From Octopus sinensis (lineage: Eukaryota), in assembly GCF_006345805.1 (NCBI RefSeq), contig NC_042997.1, positions 129,456,001 through 129,520,000 of the forward strand: DNA of 64,000 bases, written 5' to 3'. Shown here in pieces: positions 61,928 to 64,000 of the stretch; within the stretch, counting starts at the first letter, position 1, and every line of letters begins with the position of its first letter. A program made the translations under genes and the position numbers. Below the pieces are notes generated by a model. That model was not told the DNA's origin. It saw only the letters and a list, made by a program, of their open reading frames with translations, and ran no database searches.

Positions 61928-62503
61928 CTTTAAAAATATTAAAAATTAAAGAAATTAAAACATATAACAGTAAAAAGCAAATAAAGAAAGAAGGCAATTT
62001 AGAAATTCCTCAAATTACTTGTATCAGATATGGTTACCAACCAATAGGCAGCCCTATAAGAGAAGAAATAGCCAAGTATGGGTGTGTGGTTAAGGGTTTG
62101 CTACCATGGCAGAGTACCTTGATCAAATGCTTTCTATCAGAGAGAGAGAGAGAGAGGGGGGATTAACACACACCTTTGTGATTTTTGTTCTACACTGTGT
62201 TACACATACTCTCTTGTCCTTGCATTCAAAAATGTAGTAGTGATTGGTTTATTGGAAATCTATACACCAAACTCAAGTGTTCTTCAATTGTGAAAAAAAG
62301 TGCTCACTGAACAAATTCCTTTGTGATATTTGTTCCACACTAGAAGCTGGTTCATTGGAAACCTACAGTCAACATAATCATTCACCAACTGTGACATAAA
62401 TTAAAAGCAGGATCAGAAAATAACTAAATTTTATCTATATAACATTCATAATTGGTATTACTTTAAAACCAAAATCAAAGCAGAATTAAAATCAGAAACC
62501 TAC

Positions 62504-62558
62504 CTTTCATTTCTACCACTTGAATCAGAAGATTGACTTTCAACAGCCAGATTTACAT
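62504..62558 (-). CDS. NCOA5: NCOA5 exon (N-VNLAVESQSSDSSGRNE-R)
   Basis: aatttctcag acceptor, GTAGGT donor, 55 nt. Phase 1 to 2 is exactly what is needed to bridge the flanking exons, and it completes RRM strand 4 (INVNLA). Confidence 0.8.
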
Positions 62559-63556
62559 CTGAGAAATTAAACAATAAAATACATTAACTCATAAAACCCA
62601 TTACAGTGTTAATTTAAATAAACTACAATCAAGTTTTCTTAACATATGTTGGTTTGGTTAGCGATCCTGTTAGAAATCTTACAATTAGAGCTAGCAGTTG
62701 TGTTAATTTCTGATTTAGTTTATTGTTGAATGTAGTGGGTAGGACAACCAACATTGTCAACTGCCGCTATGGTAAAGAAAACCATTAAAAAAGGATCTTG
62801 AGCAAATGGATCAAATTATTATGGTGGTAGAATGCAAGAAGTTTTTCATTAAAACCAAGCAAGGAGACAGCCACTTGAGATGAATGGGTAACAAATGCTG
62901 TTCAAGCTATACCTGAGCATTACAACTAAGATCTTGTGTGCTAGTATTTTAAAATAAAATCAATGGAAGAAAAAAGAAAACACCTAAATGTAAATTAGCT
63001 ATCATAAAAAAAAATCTTTCTTGTTATTTTATCACTTAGTAACATCCAGTATAAATTGGACAGATTTTGCAATATAGTATATTTGCATATGTCATCTTAT
63101 CGAAAAATTATCAAAAATAAATGTTTTTTCTGGATTTAGCTTCCAATTATTTCTTCCTATAATGGATTAGATTACAAATGGTATTTAATAATGGAGATAA
63201 TTACGATGAATTACACTTATGAAATATTATCCAAATTTGACTGTTTACCAATTTGTAAGTGATATGAAACCATTCCGAGTAGAGCCAAACTCTGTTCAGT
63301 TGAGTAACACTGATGCGAGTATGGTCATATAATAAGGATTTTACTTTCTTTGAGATTTTCAAATATCTATTAGTGACTTGTATTGAGTAAGTTTGTAGAA
63401 ATGACAGGAACAGTAAACAAAAAAATGAAATAAAATGATAAATTATTTTGAAAATGCTGACATAGTTTTTAAGAGAAAGATCAGTGACATGGTTTCTGAC
63501 TGCTTAGCCTAACAGTAGTGTTTTGTAAAGAAATAGATAGAAACATTCATTCTTAC

Positions 63557-63664
63557 TTATTATCTGTCCTTTTATCATACAGAACATCTCCGCAGATATT
63601 GCTGCCTTTGCATCCTCTTCTTTCTCAAACTGAATGAAGGCACAATTATGATAACTTTCAATTG
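63557..63664 (-). CDS. NCOA5: NCOA5 exon, RRM C-terminal half (IESYHNCAFIQFEKEEDAKAAISAEMFCMIKGQII)
   Basis: ttttatttgcag acceptor, GTAAGA donor, phase 1/1, RNP1-like CAFIQFE. Upstream exons lie outside the window. Confidence 0.85.
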
Positions 63665-64000
63665 CTGCAAATAAAAGATCAAATTTGTATTGAAAATCAT
63701 ATTATGCAAACAAAAACATCATTTCAAGGCTGTTCAAATTTAAACCTTGTTAAAATACATGTCTATCTGAAATGTAGTTTCCAGATGCCATCAACTAATG
63801 CTGGTATCAAGAAACAGAACTCTAGCAGTAATGTCATGGTATTTTGTAGAACTACCAATTTTATCAAAAAATGATTAGATTTATAAATATTATCCTAGAT
63901 ATTTCTCCGAACATTGTTTTAAAGTGTTGTTTGCTTTAAGGGACAACTACTGCACACTATTGACCAGTTGTGTGAGTGAATGAAATTAAAGGGTTAAATT

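Overview
This is AT-rich, repeat-dense eukaryotic genomic DNA. The tRNA-derived SINE families and RTE-type tails ending in (GAT)n match those typical of octopus genomes, so an Octopus-like cephalopod origin is inferred but not proven. Two conserved genes were reconstructed exon by exon with consistent splice phases. The first is a complete 10-exon KDSR (3-ketodihydrosphingosine reductase, + strand, 9805-28245, 331 aa). The second is the last 8 exons of an RRM-bearing NCOA5 (- strand, 51601-63664; its 5' end lies beyond the window). Between them is a phase-consistent 3-exon segment (- strand, 36201-37301) of an unrecognised protein. The rest is layered transposon history: a young 5'-truncated RTE LINE with a 13-bp TSD nested in a decayed Ty3/Gypsy element with candidate LTRs; older RTE and CR1-like LINE relics; a CRE-type RLE fragment; piggyBac- and mariner-type MITEs; many SINEs, including a tandem SINE array; and a compact GC-rich RTE derivative made of a structured 5' UTR joined to an RTE 3' end (34473-34940). 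No CRISPR array, rRNA or genuine tRNA gene was found. Repeat boundaries are approximate unless a TSD or TIR is quoted.
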